A DNA stretch of 64,000 nt. Source: Lytechinus pictus. Taxonomy: Eukaryota. Position numbers and translations under genes: made by a program. The stretch spans positions 6,946,001 through 7,010,000 of the forward strand of contig NC_087245.1 in assembly GCF_037042905.1 (NCBI RefSeq). The letters are read 5' to 3'. The stretch's first letter is position 1, and every line of letters begins with the position of its first letter. The notes under the pieces are model-generated. The model was given only the letters and a program-made list of their open reading frames with translations. It had not been told where the DNA came from and searched no databases. Below are positions 62,091 through 64,000 of this stretch, piece by piece.

Positions 62091-64000
62091 AAGCAATATA
62101 TGGCATGTCCCTAAACTTAGTTTCAGACCCTGAAAAAAAAATAACTTCAGTCCCGAGAGTAAAGAATGAAAGAATAAAGTGGAGTCGTTTTGCTATTTAA
62201 AAGATAGATATAAATATTATCAATTGAATTATTCACATATTGCAGTTGACAAAATGCTTGTGGATTTCAAAATGTGTAAAATACGTAACATATTGTACAC
62301 TGTATATATTGATCTTGGTTTATAATACAATTAAAACGACTAAACCTACATTCATGAATCTTCTTATAAAATATTGCCAGGATCGAATGATGAAGAAGTT
62401 AAAGAAAACAGGGGAAAGCATCTCCTTCCTCTCGAACTTGCCGAAATTGAATGATGTTTATGTCAGTTGGTGGAATCCATTAATTCAAATTGAATGGATT
62501 ATCCGGGCTAAAATAATAATACCTAAATAAACAGAGTAAAATTCACTGAGCAAATTTCTGAATCTAATCAAAATATGATAACAAATAACGAAGGTATTGC
62601 ATTTAGGAATTTAGAAATTATTTTGTGAAAACAATATCATGCACGCCGCCATGAATATTAAATAGATATGCTGCTGATGTCATTTTCTCAATTTCCTATT
62701 TGTTATCTTATTACATGAAATATGTTCATGAATGTGTGTATGATATGCCTCCCTTGTAGCATAAGTTGCAGCAATCGTTTTTACACATTAAATCAGTTTT
62801 CATCCCATTTTTTCATTCTTAGAGGATTGAATTTGAATGAATATAATTATATGTAAAAAAAATATGTGGGAGATATGACATCATCAGCTTGCTCATTGCA
62901 TATTCTTGAAGACATGCATAGAACACGTAGAACTGTTTCACCGAAATAATGCAAAACTTTGAAATGTCATCACTTTAATATTCTTTGTTCGATTTTGATG
63001 ATTTTTTTGTCTGATATTACTTTATCTGATTAAATCAATTCAATTCATTTCAAATAAACATTTATTTTCTTCCATTTCATTACATTTTTCGTTAACATTA
63101 ATTCATACAAAAAGCAATATTATGAAGAATATAAATGTGTACATGTTGGGTTTAAAGAAGAAGGCATATAACCTAAAAGCTGAGGCTTGTGGCGGATTAT
63201 TTCTTTGCGATCCTATTTATATTCAGCATTTAAGAAATTGAGTTTGAAATCGTAAAACTAAAACCCTTGGATAACGGTTCGGGATAAGTTGCGTGAATAT
63301 ATGAGTATTTTATTATATACCGAAATTGACTACCATTTTGCCAAAATCGTCCGGGAAAACCAACAGTATATAAATTAAAAGTAATTGAAATACAATCGTA
63401 ATCATAATCATCATCATTTCCAATATCAATACCATCGTTGTCGTCATCATCATCGTCCATGGATGTCGATCGGTGTTAATGGTTGGGAGATGAATGACAC
63501 AATTTTGTTCTCTGTGAGGGATTCGCTTTCTTTTTTATGGAGGGGCCAGTTGCTATAAAGAGTTTACAATTTTAAGGGGCAGACGTGGCGTAAATGGCCA
63601 AATTTATAAAACCGAGCAAAGATTTTGACCTTTTTGATATAGACATTTAATTTTGGGATACATTTTAAAATTATATTCTTAAAGATATATCATATTTCAT
63701 CATGTTTATTTCCCTTTACATTCTTTGTCGTGATCGTTTTTTTACTTTGCGGGGGGGGGGGGGGGTCCAATGCCCTACGCCCCACATATATGCGCGGCTT
63801 AATTTTTAAGAATATGTTAGATTTATTTCTTCAAGATCAGGTACCACGTACATGTACTTGATCAATATCGCGAGCGAAAAGCGCGATCGAGCTGATTTGT
63901 TTTTTCATCTTGACTTGAAAATGAAATAATTCGGATGACTTTTGTCATTTTTCAGTGTTATTTTCCCTTTATACACTCGTAAATTTCAATTCTCATTTCT

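Overview
AT-rich eukaryotic genomic DNA from an invertebrate animal; the repeat landscape suggests an echinoderm such as a sea urchin (inference). It holds two intron-rich minus-strand genes. One is the 5' part of a TPD52/TPD54-family gene (exons between 75 and 12931, running off the left edge). The other is a complete 17-exon prolyl endopeptidase gene (PREP, 31910-55944, 707 aa by my manual splicing). A probable plus-strand gene of unknown function starts at about 60104. Introns and intergenic DNA are full of mobile elements: a young 5'-truncated LINE with an open RT frame, a decayed LINE with nested insertions, hAT-, Sola-, Tc1/pogo-, Harbinger- and Kolobok-like non-autonomous elements, Helentron-like elements with tandem arrays, and SINEs. 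The four most notable observations follow. (1) 6-bp TA-duplicating insertions (TACATGTA, TACCGGTA) are pervasive; copy-to-copy comparison shows they are insertions, consistent with transposon excision footprints concentrated in gene bodies. (2) A 65-bp minisatellite is built from the 3' end of PREP exon 5 plus its splice donor. (3) Penelope-like fragments in PREP introns carry a minimal hammerhead-ribozyme-like motif. (4) The TPD52-family gene has a tandemly duplicated 60-nt cassette exon. All coordinates were read by eye, and no database searches were run.
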